48,238 nt of DNA, from positions 67,325,361 through 67,373,598 of the forward strand of contig NC_068988.1 in assembly GCF_001194135.2 (NCBI RefSeq). Direction: 5' to 3'. The stretch comes from Octopus bimaculoides (lineage: Eukaryota). How positions within the stretch are numbered: the stretch's first letter is position 1; each line of letters starts with the position of its first letter. Below, in pieces: positions 37,239 through 48,238 of this stretch. The notes under the pieces were generated by a model that worked only from the letters and a program-made list of their open reading frames with translations, was not told the origin of the DNA and searched no databases. The translations under genes and the position numbers were made by a program.

Positions 37239-38491
37239 TTTATGTAGTGCCTAGTTGCACTATGGTAATTGTAGTAGTAGTTTTTGTAATATAGTGTATG
37301 GTGGTAGAATGTTATTAATTTTGCTAAAGCTAAAATTATTACAAGGGCAATAACAATAAAAAAAGGATAATCTAATGACTATGATGATAACTGTTTCCCT
37401 GATAGTAGAATTATTACTGTTAGGCGTAGTAAGTAGAGTTAGAATACAACAAGGGAGAAAAAAGAATACAATATGAAAGAGAATAGGTTAATCAGAAAAA
37501 AAAAGAACAAATAGAAGATACAAAAACCTCACATCAATGCGAATCAATCCCAACAAATGCCACAATCATTGTACTTAAATTCGAATGTTCATGATCAGAG
37601 CTATTATTGATGTTGCACCGACATAAAGCTAGAGAATGTTCGTGAATCTCAAGTATTTATTTTCCTGGAAGATGCCATATAGTTTTAGTTACACGTCTGC
37701 ATCTCGCATTACATTAACAACGTTAAAAAAAAAAATTGTTTTATTCGTTTGATATTAACGTTGTTTTTTGTCTGTTTGTTATGATTTTTTACCTCAGCAC
37801 ATCCAAGATATTTCAGCACGCAATTCCATCTCGCGAAATGTACCAACACGACAAAGCATGAAAAGAATACCTTCTTTATTACATTTTTATTTGACGACTG
37901 TAGATTCTTGATTGATTTTTAAATATTAATGATTACTCCATAATGACTTCGGTAGAATTAATTAAGTCATTTGTTCAGTTTTCTGAATTAAATATTTTTA
38001 CTGCTCAAAACACTTGATCTAAGATTCAATTCCAGTTTTTGGAATATCTGTTTCTCAATATTTCTGGTATGAATTACACTCTGATTATTTTGTCTTTTCA
38101 GTTTCTCTGGTCGTCGTTGCAGTAGATTTCTCTATTTCTAGATCATTGATCAACAGGTCTGTCACTAACATTCACAGAAGTTTTTGCATATCCACGACGA
38201 CTAATTTTACTTCCATCTTTGGTGTAACGGTTGCTTGTTAGAAGTGGATTAGCTGCTATTTTTTTCGAACTCGCAACACTATATAGAATCCCGTTTAAAT
38301 AGCTCCTACTTAACCGTAATGGGCGCGTGAGGGAAGTTTCTGAAACAACTTCATTATACACAAACAAACAAAGACACACTTCAACTATGCACGAAAATAT
38401 TACATTAGTTCCCGATCCATCAAGCGTCGAAAGCAGATGACTTCTGTATGACTTAGAAATTGATTAATGCCATAGAGTGAGTATTATTTGT

Positions 38492-38859
38492 TGTTGGTAC
38501 TCCATCATTTACGACGTCGAGGGTTCCAGTTAGCCCGATCAACGGAACAGCTTGCTCGTGAAATTAACGTGCAAGTAGCTGAGCACTCCACATACACGTG
38601 TACCCTTAACGTAGTTCTCGGGGATATTCAGCGTGACATAGTGTGACAAGGCTGGCCCTTTGAAATACAAGCACAACAGAAACGGGAAGAAAGAGTGAGA
38701 GAGAGAGTTGTGGTGAAAGAGTACAGCAGGGGTCGCCACCACCCCCTGCCGGAGCCTCGTGGAGCTCTAGGTGTTTTCGCTCAATAAACACTCACAACAT
38801 CCGGTCTGGGAATCGAAACCGCGAGTCCGCTGCCCTAACCACTGGGCCATTGCGCCTCC
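38492..38859 (-). mobile_element. tRNA-derived SINE, family B, with 14-bp deletion in the head
   Basis: Colinear with 25950-26328. Confidence 0.95.
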
Positions 38860-38899
38860 ACAATTCGCTTACAACCTCTTTTAAGAATCGTCCTCAGAA

Positions 38900-40054
38900 T
38901 AACCCTTTTGTGACCATGTGTTTACTTATATATTACCAAAAGTTAAGCAGAACAGCTACTTCCTTAACAACCTAAAAGGTCAGAGCTAAATGGTGGATGT
39001 GACATCACTTCCCAACCAAGCTCCAATAATTTTTCACGTTTTACCAAAGACGTGTGTGGTGCAGCATTGTCATGTTGGAGCACGATTCCTTTACGATTTG
39101 CCAATTCTGGCCGTTTTTCTTTCATTACTTCCTCCAGTTTTATTTGTGGTTGACAGTAAACATCAGAATTGATCGTTTGGTTCCTTGGAAGCAGCTCAAA
39201 ATACGCATCACCGTTGTAATCTCACCAAACTGAAAACATGACCTTTTTTTTCGATACAATTCAGCTTTCGATGTGGTTTGTGCTAGTTCGTTACGTTTGG
39301 ACTATGATCGTTTTCGATTGATGTTATTGTAGACAATCAATTTTTCATTACCAGTGATGATTCATTAAGGAAAAAGTCGATATAATTGTGCTTGAAACGC
39401 ACATTGCAAATATTGATGCGTTGTGTTATGTGAATCTCTTTCAATTCATGACGAACCCAAATATAGAGCTTCTTAACGAGTCCGAGGTATTTTAAGTGAT
39501 TTTCAATTGTTGGGTGTGATACATTTAACCTCTCTGCAATCTCTCGCACATAAGGTTACGATTTTTGGGCTGACTTTTGTCACTGTTATTTTTTTTTTGT
39601 TCTTTTGACACTTGATAGCCGTTACTTTTATGACAATCATATTCAATTATAGCTTTGATTCGGTCATCAACAACTTCAGTAGGTCGACCAGAACGTTGTT
39701 CAACTTTTAGTGAAAAATTTCCAGGACGAAATTTTTAAACCCATTTCTGACATGTGCGTTCGGTTAAGCAATCAACACCATAAGCTTCACATATCTGTTT
39801 TTGAGCCTCGGCATCATTCTTGCCTTTACAGAAATAAGAAAAGCAAAATATGGTGAAAATGTTAGTTTTGCATTCCATGTAAAATTGACATTGAGCTAAC
39901 GACTGTGAACAAAATTACGAGCATTTTGCTTCTAGAGTAAGTTACAAGTAATGGCTATCAAATGTCAATAGAACAAAAAAATAACACTGACACAAGTCAT
40001 TCCAAAAATGGTAACATCATTTGCGAGAAACGAAATTACTCTCGCCAACGCAAT
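38900..40054 (-). mobile_element. Mariner transposon relic (mellifera-subfamily-like) with one TIR
   Basis: ATG at 39878: MECK...KGKNDAEAQKQICEAYG..ERTCQKW..FRPG..RSGRP...REIAERLNVSH..KKLYIWVRHELKE...NRKGIVLQHDNAAPH...SHPPFSSDL. A TIR-like end ATTGCGTTGGCGAGAGTAATTTCG lies at 40031-40054 next to TA. Multiple stops and frameshifts. Confidence 0.92.
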
Positions 40055-40352
<298 letters not shown>

Positions 40353-41455
40353 TAAAAGTATCATACGGTTGTTCGTGATAGTAAACCTGAAATATATTCA
40401 TCACAATTAATAAAGAATACTCTGGAACTTCTCGGACATTCAGTCGCCCAAAGTATCACAACAAGACGTATTTTATCAATTCCGAGACTCTGTTATCGTA
40501 CCTCGTGCTTTATATTGGAAATGTGCAAAACATCTCGAATATTCTTAGAGGTTTCTGGCAAGCGATATGCACAACTTCAGCTGTACATATGGAATATACA
40601 TACTCATATATACTCATATATATTCATACACATACATACTCATATATTTTTAGCAACGAAACAAACACATTTAAGAGCTAAAACAGCCACTGCATAGAGG
40701 CAAAACTATCCAGCTACATATATGCAGGAATATATACACGTACACATATATAAACACACACATATTTATATACATACAAACATACATATATTCATATATT
40801 TTTATATGTATGTGTGTGCGAGTGTGTGCCTCTGTGTGCATGTATGTGGTGCAAATGCACACATGTTTATAAACCAGAAGCACAATCTCAGTAAAGTGAT
40901 ATAAAAATGATATCATATAGCCCCCGTACCTTCAACACTATATACGTTAAATGTTATGCATCCGAAGGCTTCAGAAAAGCCGTTTGTAGTTTTATATGCA
41001 GCATAATATATATGTAAATAAAATAATTTCTATACATTACTTCAACGAAATTTACATTCTCTTGAAATAACTTTTTGTAGTAATCAATATGCTCGCTCGC
41101 AGACTATAACGTAACATATTTACAGATTTTTCAAAAAGAAATAAATAAATCGACAACTAAATACATAAACAAATAAATAAATAGTAAAATACAAAATATA
41201 GATAGAATAAAACGAAAACCGGAACGTGTTTTTTTCCGATACTAAAGCCAAGCAACACAACAACAGGTTTATCATTGGTTTGTTTATTACTCAACTAAAA
41301 CACATATTTCAATATGAATGTGTTTACCCGTTGCAGATTTTTTTCTTCAATATTAAATCGAGTTGATATATAAGACCTTCAATAAATAAATTTAGTTTAT
41401 TTGCTGTTCTCATGTATCATTATCTATAAACATTTCAAATATATATATATATATA

Positions 41456-42318
41456 NNNNNNNNNNNNNNNNNNNNNNNNNNNNNNNNNNNNNNNNNNNNN
41501 NNNNNNNNNNNNNNNNNNNNNNNNNNNNNNNNNNNNNNNNNNNNNNNNNNNNNNNNNNNNNNNNNNNNNNNNNNNNNNNNNNNNNNNNNNNNNNNNNNNN
41601 NNNNNNNNNNNNNNNNNNNNNNNNNNNNNNNNNNNNNNNNNNNNNNNNNNNNNNNNNNNNNNNNNNNNNNNNNNNNNNNNNNNNNNNNNNNNNNNNNNNN
41701 NNNNNNNNNNNNNNNNNNNNNNNNNNNNNNNNNNNNNNNNNNNNNNNNNNNNNNNNNNNNNNNNNNNNNNNNNNNNNNNNNNNNNNNNNNNNNNNNNNNN
41801 NNNNNNNNNNNNNNNNNNNNNNNNNNNNNNNNNNNNNNNNNNNNNNNNNNNNNNNNNNNNNNNNNNNNNNNNNNNNNNNNNNNNNNNNNNNNNNNNNNNN
41901 NNNNNNNNNNNNNNNNNNNNNNNNNNNNNNNNNNNNNNNNNNNNNNNNNNNNNNNNNNNNNNNNNNNNNNNNNNNNNNNNNNNNNNNNNNNNNNNNNNNN
42001 NNNNNNNNNNNNNNNNNNNNNNNNNNNNNNNNNNNNNNNNNNNNNNNNNNNNNNNNNNNNNNNNNNNNNNNNNNNNNNNNNNNNNNNNNNNNNNNNNNNN
42101 NNNNNNNNNNNNNNNNNNNNNNNNNNNNNNNNNNNNNNNNNNNNNNNNNNNNNNNNNNNNNNNNNNNNNNNNNNNNNNNNNNNNNNNNNNNNNNNNNNNN
42201 NNNNNNNNNNNNNNNNNNNNNNNNNNNNNNNNNNNNNNNNNNNNNNNNNNNNNNNNNNNNNNNNNNNNNNNNNNNNNNNNNNNNNNNNNNNNNNNNNNNN
42301 NNNNNNNNNNNNNNNNNG
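41456..42318. other. Assembly gap (edges within 1-2 bp)
   Basis: Run of N. Confidence 0.95.
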
Positions 42319-42465
42319 AAACATGCTTTATGTACATCCTTTGTTGAAACAATTGTTACATTTGGAGATGGTCATTCCTGCCAATTAAACCTGGCACTAT
42401 TTTTTCGATCTTCACTTCGTTATTGCTATTATTATTATTATTATTATTATTATTATCATTATTAC

Positions 42466-44610
42466 TGAATGAGAGAGGAGTGCATACCATCAAAGCGACA
42501 CTGAAGTAAAATATATGAAGTTCAGTATACCTGTCATGTCTACCCGTCTCATAAATGTACACCAGGCATATGCATCACAGCCCTATGTGCGGGACATGGT
42601 GATTTCCTATGAAGATAAACAACGCATGACCTTGCAGATGGGGCCCACTTTGAATTTTCTGCAGGTTGAGTAGCCCATCCCATTCAAATGGTCATTGAAT
42701 AAGATTTGCTTAAGGATGTTGAACGAATCATTCTTATATTCACTTGGTCTGTCAAATTCCTTGATAGATATGTTTTTATCAGTGGGAACACTTTTCATCT
42801 TTAATAATTATGTCTGGTCGATTAGCCTGGATCGTTCTGTCAGTGTTGACTGGAAAATCCCAGCGGGCAGTAATATTTATGCCTTCAATGACTAGCTCAA
42901 GATGATGTTCATACCAGTAAGCATAAGTGTTGATCTTGTAATCCTTACATATTGTCCAATGTAAATACTGTCCTACCATATCGTGGCAATTTTTGAATTC
43001 GTTTGGTGTCAGCACCGGACATCCGTAGACGAGATGGGCTATTGTTTTGTCGAATGTGTTGCACAATCTGCGTTTACGATCAGAAGCGTTGAAGAACGTT
43101 ATCCTGGTAGTTTTGTTTTTATGAGCAAGCTTTGATTTTGTGTCGCCAATATGAAATCTGCAGTCTCTGCTCTCAGTTCTGATCTTACCAGCCACTGAAG
43201 GGTTGTTGCTTGATCTAAGTCAGTGTTTTCGACTTCGAGATATATACTGTCCATGCAGAGGCTTCTGGCTCCATCACTCCTGAATTTGTTTCTGCTCGTT
43301 CTTTTCTGCAGTCTACTTGATCCATTTTGCTTGTCTTGTAGCAGCGGTTTCAGGATTTTCAACTATTTCCGGGGTAATGCCAAGGTCCGTTGCGAATTTG
43401 CAAGCTTCCTTTACAATAGAAGGATAGAAGGGTTCTTTTTGCTGCTTTCGTGTTTGCACATCAGTCACAGCATCCAGTCCTCTGAACTAGATAATTACCT
43501 GTTCATTGATATTGTGGAGTTTTTATTGCACAAATCTACCGGCATCATTCCTCTGCCTCCATTACTTCTAAATAGGTAGGTCCAAACGATTAACATCTGC
43601 TTTTGGATGGAGCATGTTTTTGAAGTTAGTATTTTTCTTGTCTTCCTGTTCAGGCGCTGGAGCTCTGTAAGATTCCAGTTAATGATGTTAAAACTATATT
43701 GGACTACTGGGAGTGCCAGGGTGCTAATGGCTTCGATGCGATTTTTAGAGTTGTGTTCAGTCTTTAATGTGAGTCTTATTCTCCTCTAATGTTCTTTTCT
43801 TATTTTCTCCTTCATAGTCGCTCGTTGTATGCCATCGCCTTCGTTTATCTCTAGGTATTTGTAATTTTCTTGTGGGTTAAACTCCTTGATGGTAGTGTCG
43901 GAATCTAATTTAATGGAAGCTGTTTGCCTCAGTTTGCCTCTTCCAAAGTTGCTTTAGCACACTTATCACGGCCAAAGTTCATCCCGATGCCACTATTGAA
44001 TTTTTTAACAGTTGTTAGCAGTTCTACTAGATCATCCGCATCTCTAGCAAACACCTTCAGCTCGTCCATATAAAGCAGATGGCTTATTGTCGTACTGTAA
44101 ACTTTGAATCCATACCTGGTGTTATTTAGTTCAGCTCCATCCAGTCTCAGTTTCTCACGCTCTAACCAGTCAGCTTTAGCATTATTTCATTTTTATTGAT
44201 CCATATCTTCTTCCAGAACTCTTCCATTTCCTCAGTCTTAGATGGCTCCTTTACTTCTATCTTACTTTTGCCAATTTCTCTACAAAATTTCTTTACATCT
44301 GTCTTGAATATCTTGTTTTGTCGATAACATTTGATTCTTTTGTCATACCTTCTAAGCCGCTGGGCTTTCAGTTGTATTCGTTTTTCAACTGTTCTTTGGT
44401 TGCTGGGAGGTTTATAAGATCTTTTTATTTTACAGTTTCGCTTGATTTTTCTTGCTCGTTTCGTCTTAACATTTACTCCTCTAGCAAGTTCGTCGAGAAC
44501 TGATACATCCGCCCGCAAAGATTCGCTCTATCTTTGTATTACTACTTTCCACTTCGGAGGTTATTGACATAGTTGGTTCTTTTCTGTGCCGTCCTGATAC
44601 CTAGTTGAGC
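42466..44610 (-). mobile_element. R4/Dong-clade retrotransposon, 5'-truncated with internal deletions
   Basis: Minus frames: KAQRLRRYDKR..RQNKIF..EEFWKKIW, HLLYMDELK (RT YxDD), CNTFDKTIAHLVYGCP..CHD.VGQYLHWTIC (CCHC), NRPDIIIKD and PTDKNISIKEFD (RLE). Then the shared 3' end, ending in (AAT)n at 42421-42465. Confidence 0.92.
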
Positions 44611-44708
44611 AGTTACAACTTTAACAGAGGAATAGATGAGGTTATTTCGCAGAAGAGAAAACTATTTCCACCAAAAAGGGAACGATAATTTATAAATGTA
44701 TTAATCGA

Positions 44709-44735
44709 AGATAGATAGATAGATAGATAGATAAA

Positions 44736-44809
<74 letters not shown>

Positions 44810-44815
44810 GAGAGA
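44709..44815. repeat. (GATA)n then ~70-bp (GA)n polypurine tract
   Basis: Direct read. Confidence 0.95.
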
Positions 44816-45126
44816 TCACTATACTCTTCCCTAGCCGAAATAGAGAAATGCTTGGAGGAGATGCGGCCTTCCGTAGTTTATGTCTGTCGAGGAAAACAAT
44901 ATGGGACCGTTGCAGCAACGAAGAGGAAGCGCGTAGGATGGTTACAATGACCTGCCCCTCTGACCAGTACGTGATGCTCCCTTTATACATGGGACATTGT
45001 GTGCCCAACGTCAATGTCTCAGACGTACCTCCTCATCGGAACCAGGCCAAAGTAAAGGGCATGCTAGAGGAGCACGGGGAGGTGATAAGCTTACGATCAA
45101 GCCCCACCACCCACAAAGAGTACATG

Positions 45127-45787
45127 AATAGGCGTAGAAGTGGCTGTGTGGTAATTATAGGCGTATGAATGGCTGTGTGGTAAGTAGCTTGCTTACGAAC
45201 CACATAGTTCCGGGTTCAGTCCCACTGCATGGCACCTTGGGCAAGTGTCTTCTACTATAGCCTCGGGCCGACCAAAGCCTTGTATGTGGATTTGGTAGAC
45301 GGAAACTGAAAGAAGCCCGTCGTATATATGTGTATATATATATGTATGTGTATATATATATGTATGTATATATNNNNNNNNNNNNNNNNNNNNNNNNNNN
45401 NNNNNNNNNNNNNNNNNNNNNNNNNNNNNNNNNNNNNNNNNNNNNNNNNNNNNNNNNNNNNNNNNNNNNNNNNNNNNNNNNNNNNNNNNNNNNNNNNNNN
45501 NNNNNNNNNNNNNNNNNNNNNNNNNNNNNNNNNNNNNNNNNNNNNNNNNNNNNNNNNNNNNNNNNNNNNNNNNNNNNNNNNNNNNNNNNCTAGGCTTAAA
45601 AAGAATAAGTCCTGGGGTCGATTTGCTCGACTAAAGGCGATGCTCCGGCATGGCCACAGTCGATTGACTGAAACAAGTAAAAGAATAAAAGAGTAAAAGA
45701 GTATATGTATGTATGTATATATGTATGTATGTGTGTGTATGTATGTATGTATGTATGTATATATGTATGTATGTATGTAAAAGAGTA
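45127..45787 (+). mobile_element. Composite tRNA-derived SINE (duplicated head D, microsatellite/gap, tail C) with target-site duplication
   Basis: Head at 45157-45322 (first 29 nt also at 45128-45156) and tail at 45590-45702; flanked by AAAGAGTACATG (45115-45126) and AAAGAGTCCATG (45788-45799). Confidence 0.88.
45374..45589. other. Assembly gap inside the SINE
   Basis: Run of N. Confidence 0.98.
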
Positions 45788-47667
45788 AAAGAGTCCATGG
45801 AGTTCTTGACTTTGGTTGCTCCCGAAGTTTATGCTATCACGGGCCTTTTCTGTTCCGGAGAGTGCGAGCAGATGCGTATGATTGTGGAGGGTAGGTAACC
45901 CAGGTATTATAACTGCGACAAAACCTGTGGAGACTCGAGAGAGGTGCCTCACGCTGCTCCAATATTCCCAAGGCCAAATACGCTGCAATCCCAAAGAGGA
46001 AAGCAGCAGCAACCACAACGTCAAACACTGGAACAGAGGAGGGAATAAGACCACAAGAAATCCTACCGACTCCTTGAATATAGAAGGGGCTTCAGAAGAG
46101 ACAAAACCAGCTGAGAGGATGATCGTCGAGCAACCCCCAAAAAAGAAAAGGAGGAGAGAAAATACAGACGTAATCCTTAAATCCCAAAAGTTTGTGGGTA
46201 CGAATCTGGGTAGCTTCGCAACAGCTAATCCCGGAAACGCTGCAGCCAATTTCGAAGCCGAAGCTGCAAGCCAACAACTTCAGCAGCAGCAACAACGGCA
46301 GCAGCAAAAGCTACAACAATAAGAAGAGATAAATCAACTCCAACAACATCAAAGAATGAAACAGCATTCTCAACAACAGCGAAAAACTCCACAAGATCTG
46401 CAACAGGGGAAGTCGAAACATAATGAACCACAACGACAACAATCACATCAACCACAAGAGACAGAACTTCTTGAACAACATTTCTCGGATACGCCTCTGA
46501 ACTACACAGTTCTACGGAAGAACAACAAAGAATTAAGGGAATTTGTAGACACAAGCAAAGATAAAATGTTGACAACAGGCGAGGCTCTTAATGCTCTCAC
46601 CATTGCCAAAACCAAAGAAAGGTGGGGTTCTGATTAGAATAAGTTCCACTATGTATCGTTTTCTAGGGAAACGTTTCCCACATGATGTGGAGGCTTTCAA
46701 AAACCTTTTGGATAGAAGGATATTGGAGGCCCCGTTTAAGGGCCCAGAGAAAGGTTCAACTCAAGCCAAGGGCAAGTGATTGACTATTTTTTGTTTCTTT
46801 CTCTTCTGGAATGGCAATTCTAAGGATAGTTTGTATAAATGTTCGTGGCTGGGTATGCTCCAATTAGGGCGAGGCAGCCAGATTTCTTCAGACGTTTGGA
46901 GGTTTTCCTTGGGATACCTCGCTCTTTAGTTCTAGTGGGCGATTGGAACACCATTGTGGATGTACGCTTAGACTGGGTGGGGCTAGTCGAATGGAGAGGT
47001 GGGTGAAAGAGCCCCACAAACCTGCTCGGTCGTTTCCAGTTGGCTGACAGGTACCGACTGGGTTTCCCGAATGTGCCAATGTGGGCATGGGCAAAGAGCA
47101 CCGGTTCTTCCAAATTGTATTTAGTTAGGATATTATGTAGACCACTAGCTAGAAGTAGCATAGGTAGTCCATAGTTCAAAGTCGCTAGCTACATAAACCG
47201 CAAATTTGTGATCTGCACGGTCGATCTAGACGGATTCCATAGGTAGGGCTCTGGTGCTGGAAGCAGGACGCATCTTTCCCGGCGCGTCAAGCATTCAGAA
47301 ACCAGGTTAGCAAGTTAGTCCATCGGAAGTTGTCGGGAGCAATCGTCAATAGCCGTTGGTGGCTATCCCTGAATAGTGCTATTAGATTACAGGCAGTAGA
47401 ATTTAGTAAGGAAATAGACGTAGAGGAATCTAGGATAGAGGGATAGCTACTTAGGAAGCTAGAAGAGGTGCATAGGAGAGGCATAGCGTCTGATGTGCTT
47501 GCGGCGAGATTAGCTCTTGATCAATTCTTCAATGCCATGCATGAAGTACCTTTTTCATCGACCGCAACTGGTTAACTTCCCAAGCTAATCTGTCATATCT
47601 CTCGACTTTTCTTTCTTCCTTATCGCATACCTTGTTGTCTGCTGGGCGTGCTATAGCTATAATCCAT

Positions 47668-47775
47668 CATAGTTTGTTTCCTTTCTGAATTACGACTATG
47701 TCCGGCTTAGCATAGTTTGTTTTCTTTCTCAATTAAAACTATGTCCGGTTTTCTCAAATAAGACTATGTCCGGCT
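47668..47775 (+). repeat. Short tandem repeat (~43-bp unit; ACTATGTCCGG x3)
   Basis: CATAGTTTGTTT.CTTTCT.AATTA..ACTATGTCCGG twice plus a partial third; possibly the LINE 3' end. Confidence 0.8.
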
Positions 47776-47788
47776 TTTTTTATTATTA

Positions 47789-47853
<65 letters not shown>

Positions 47854-47856
47854 TCG

Positions 47857-48038
47857 TTTGTCAGAGTTCTTTCGTCACACTCGCTGCGGCCTCTTTAGCG
47901 ATTGTCTGTCCCTAGTGTCCCCTCTCCTTTATGGTCTTGTCCTGTCCATTCAAGACAAGACCTGACAGAAGAGGAGGCACAAAGTAGGGAAAGGCGTTGA
48001 AGAGATCACAGAATGTGTGACGAAAGAACTCTGACAAA
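47857..48038. repeat. 182-bp fold-back / MITE-like element with perfect 24-bp terminal inverted repeats
   Basis: TTTGTCAGAGTTCTTTCGTCACAC (47857-47880) and GTGTGACGAAAGAACTCTGACAAA (48015-48038); inner GGTCTTGTC/GACAAGACC stem. Confidence 0.9.
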
Positions 48039-48071
48039 TAAACAACAACTACTACTACTACTACTAATGAT

Positions 48072-48109
<38 letters not shown>

Positions 48110-48238
48110 GCTACAGCTACAACATCCTTAACTGGACACTAAACGAACTATGTAAAATAGACAGGAAAACAAGAAAAATAATGACAGGATATAGGATGCA
48201 CCACCCAAAATCTGACATAGAAAGGCTATATATACAAC
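48110..48238 (+). mobile_element. R4/Dong RT C-terminal fragment, 5'-truncated, running off the window
   Basis: Uninterrupted ILNWTLNELCKIDRKTRKIMTGYRMHHPKSDIERLYIQ; starts immediately after (TAA)n. Confidence 0.82.

Larger units (their letters stand above)
44820..47560 (+). mobile_element. Degraded Tx1/L1-clade LINE (ORF1 plus APE part of ORF2), interrupted by a SINE
   Basis: ORF1-like V.VSDVPP..MLEEHGEV...MRMIVEGR*PRYYNC with a Q-rich tail, ending at 46779. ORF2 starts at 46811 with MAILRIVCINVRG, then LVLVGDWN, QLADRYR..P..WAW and YL.RIL (APE motifs). Confidence 0.8.

Noticed and set aside
37795-37900. Strong plus-strand acceptor at 37797 and minus-strand donor at 37793
   Set aside because: No matching partner splice site gives a convincing exon, and no peptide is recognisable.
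8328-38859. All three family B SINEs lie on the minus strand
   Set aside because: With three copies this has a 1-in-4 chance; not significant.
45882-46637. Q-rich ORFs as a host transcription factor
   Set aside because: They sit between Tx1-like ORF1 and APE sequences and contain stops; better explained as retrotransposon ORF1.
47668-47775. CRISPR-like repeat-spacer pattern
   Set aside because: The spacers are themselves repeated, the context is eukaryotic, and no cas genes are present.

Overview
AT-rich eukaryotic DNA, not prokaryotic: no operons, rRNA genes, tRNA genes or CRISPR arrays. It has seven assembly gaps and very dense microsatellites. The tRNA-derived SINE families look like those I recall from octopus genomes; this taxonomic assignment is recognition, not a database result. 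The window is probably intronic or intergenic. Nearly all recognisable coding sequence is transposon debris: at least 7 pieces of R4/Dong-clade non-LTR retrotransposons, most abutting (TAA)n tracts; a Tx1/L1-clade element split by a SINE; Penelope-like (GIY-YIG) remnants; two mariner relics; a Chapaev3-like transposase N-terminus; and a jockey/L2/CR1-type RT relic. Most entries in the ORF track are microsatellite or N-gap artefacts. No host gene could be identified; two minus-strand candidate exons are reported at low confidence. The most notable unexplained structure is a set of fold-back elements (25292-25449, 29832-30230, 32112-32966, 47857-48038), two of which carry degenerate hammerhead-like cores. 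Also notable are a fixed-end ~550-bp Dong-associated non-autonomous element and a multi-stem 5' UTR in a Dong 5' end. I found no convincing novel protein-coding system.
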